From NCBI RefSeq assembly GCF_000011805.1, contig NC_006840.2: a DNA stretch of 32,000 nucleotides; one strand, given 5' to 3'. Numbering within the stretch: the stretch's first letter is position 1; the number at the start of each line of letters is the position of its first letter. Below the pieces are notes generated by a model. It searched no databases. It was not told the origin of the DNA and saw only the letters and a program-made list of their open reading frames with translations. This DNA comes from Aliivibrio fischeri ES114. GTDB taxonomy: Bacteria; Pseudomonadota; Gammaproteobacteria; Enterobacterales; Vibrionaceae. Shown in pieces: positions 31,682 to 32,000 of the stretch. A program made the translations under genes and the position numbers.

Positions 31682-31704
31682 CAGCTCTTGTAGCTGTTTT
31701 TTTT
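31682..31704 (+). terminator. Intrinsic terminator after cytochrome c4
   Basis: CAGCT-cttgt-AGCTG followed by T-tract. Confidence 0.7.
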
Positions 31705-31792
31705 ATTAAAAAATCGGTTAAAACGATTATCTTTGCACCAGTATCGGGTATACTTCCCGCCCTAGAATTTTCAGGTAGTGGAGTGGGTTCAC

Positions 31793-32000
31793 ATGCAATC
31801 TTGCCCTTTGTGTCAACATTCTAAGGCTGATGATTTCCATCAAGATAAGCGTCGTCGATATTATCGATGCCAGCAATGTCATCTTGTTTATGTGGATGAA
31901 TCAGACCGTTTAGATGCAGAGAACGAAAAAGCTCACTATGACCTCCATGAAAATAATCTTGACGATGAAGGGTATAGAACCTTCTTATCACGATTTGCAG
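31793..32000 (+). CDS. N-terminus of a zinc-ribbon protein, probably a class I SAM methyltransferase (truncated by window edge)
   Basis: Hand translation MQSCPLCQHSKADDFHQDKRRRYYRCQQCHLVYVDESDRLDAENEKAHYDLHENNLDDEGYRTFLSRFA; paired CPLC/CQQC with YDLHENN. Confidence 0.65.
   Translation, partial: MQSCPLCQHSKADDFHQDKRRRYYRCQQCHLVYVDESDRLDAENEKAHYDLHENNLDDEGYRTFLSRFA

Overview
This 32 kb window looks like the core chromosome of a Vibrionaceae member, most likely Aliivibrio fischeri or a close relative (inferred from recalled protein similarity, not a search). Gene order: hemB | gppA-rhlB (minus) | trxA | rho | secreted hypothetical | ubiD | 2Fe-2S ferredoxin | fre | hemCDXY (minus) | cyaA | uvrD | small zinc-ribbon ORF (minus) | rarD (minus) | recQ | hypothetical | glpT (minus) | yhhQ | RyhB sRNA | polA | Spot 42 sRNA | second small terminator-bounded RNA | engB/yihA (minus) | cytochrome c4 | start of a zinc-ribbon methyltransferase-like ORF. 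I see no mobile element, prophage, CRISPR or defence system. The most interesting content is non-coding or cryptic: a preQ1-I-like riboswitch overlapping the yhhQ Shine-Dalgarno, a RyhB gene with a Fur box, Spot 42 plus a likely VSsrna24-type sRNA, a CRP site over the cyaA promoter, GlpR operators at glpT, hairpins and DnaA-box-like sites upstream of polA, a 55-aa double-CxxC ORF missing from the ORF track, heptanucleotide tandem repeats running into the gppA stop codon, and a domain-scale internal duplication in the 614-aa UbiD.
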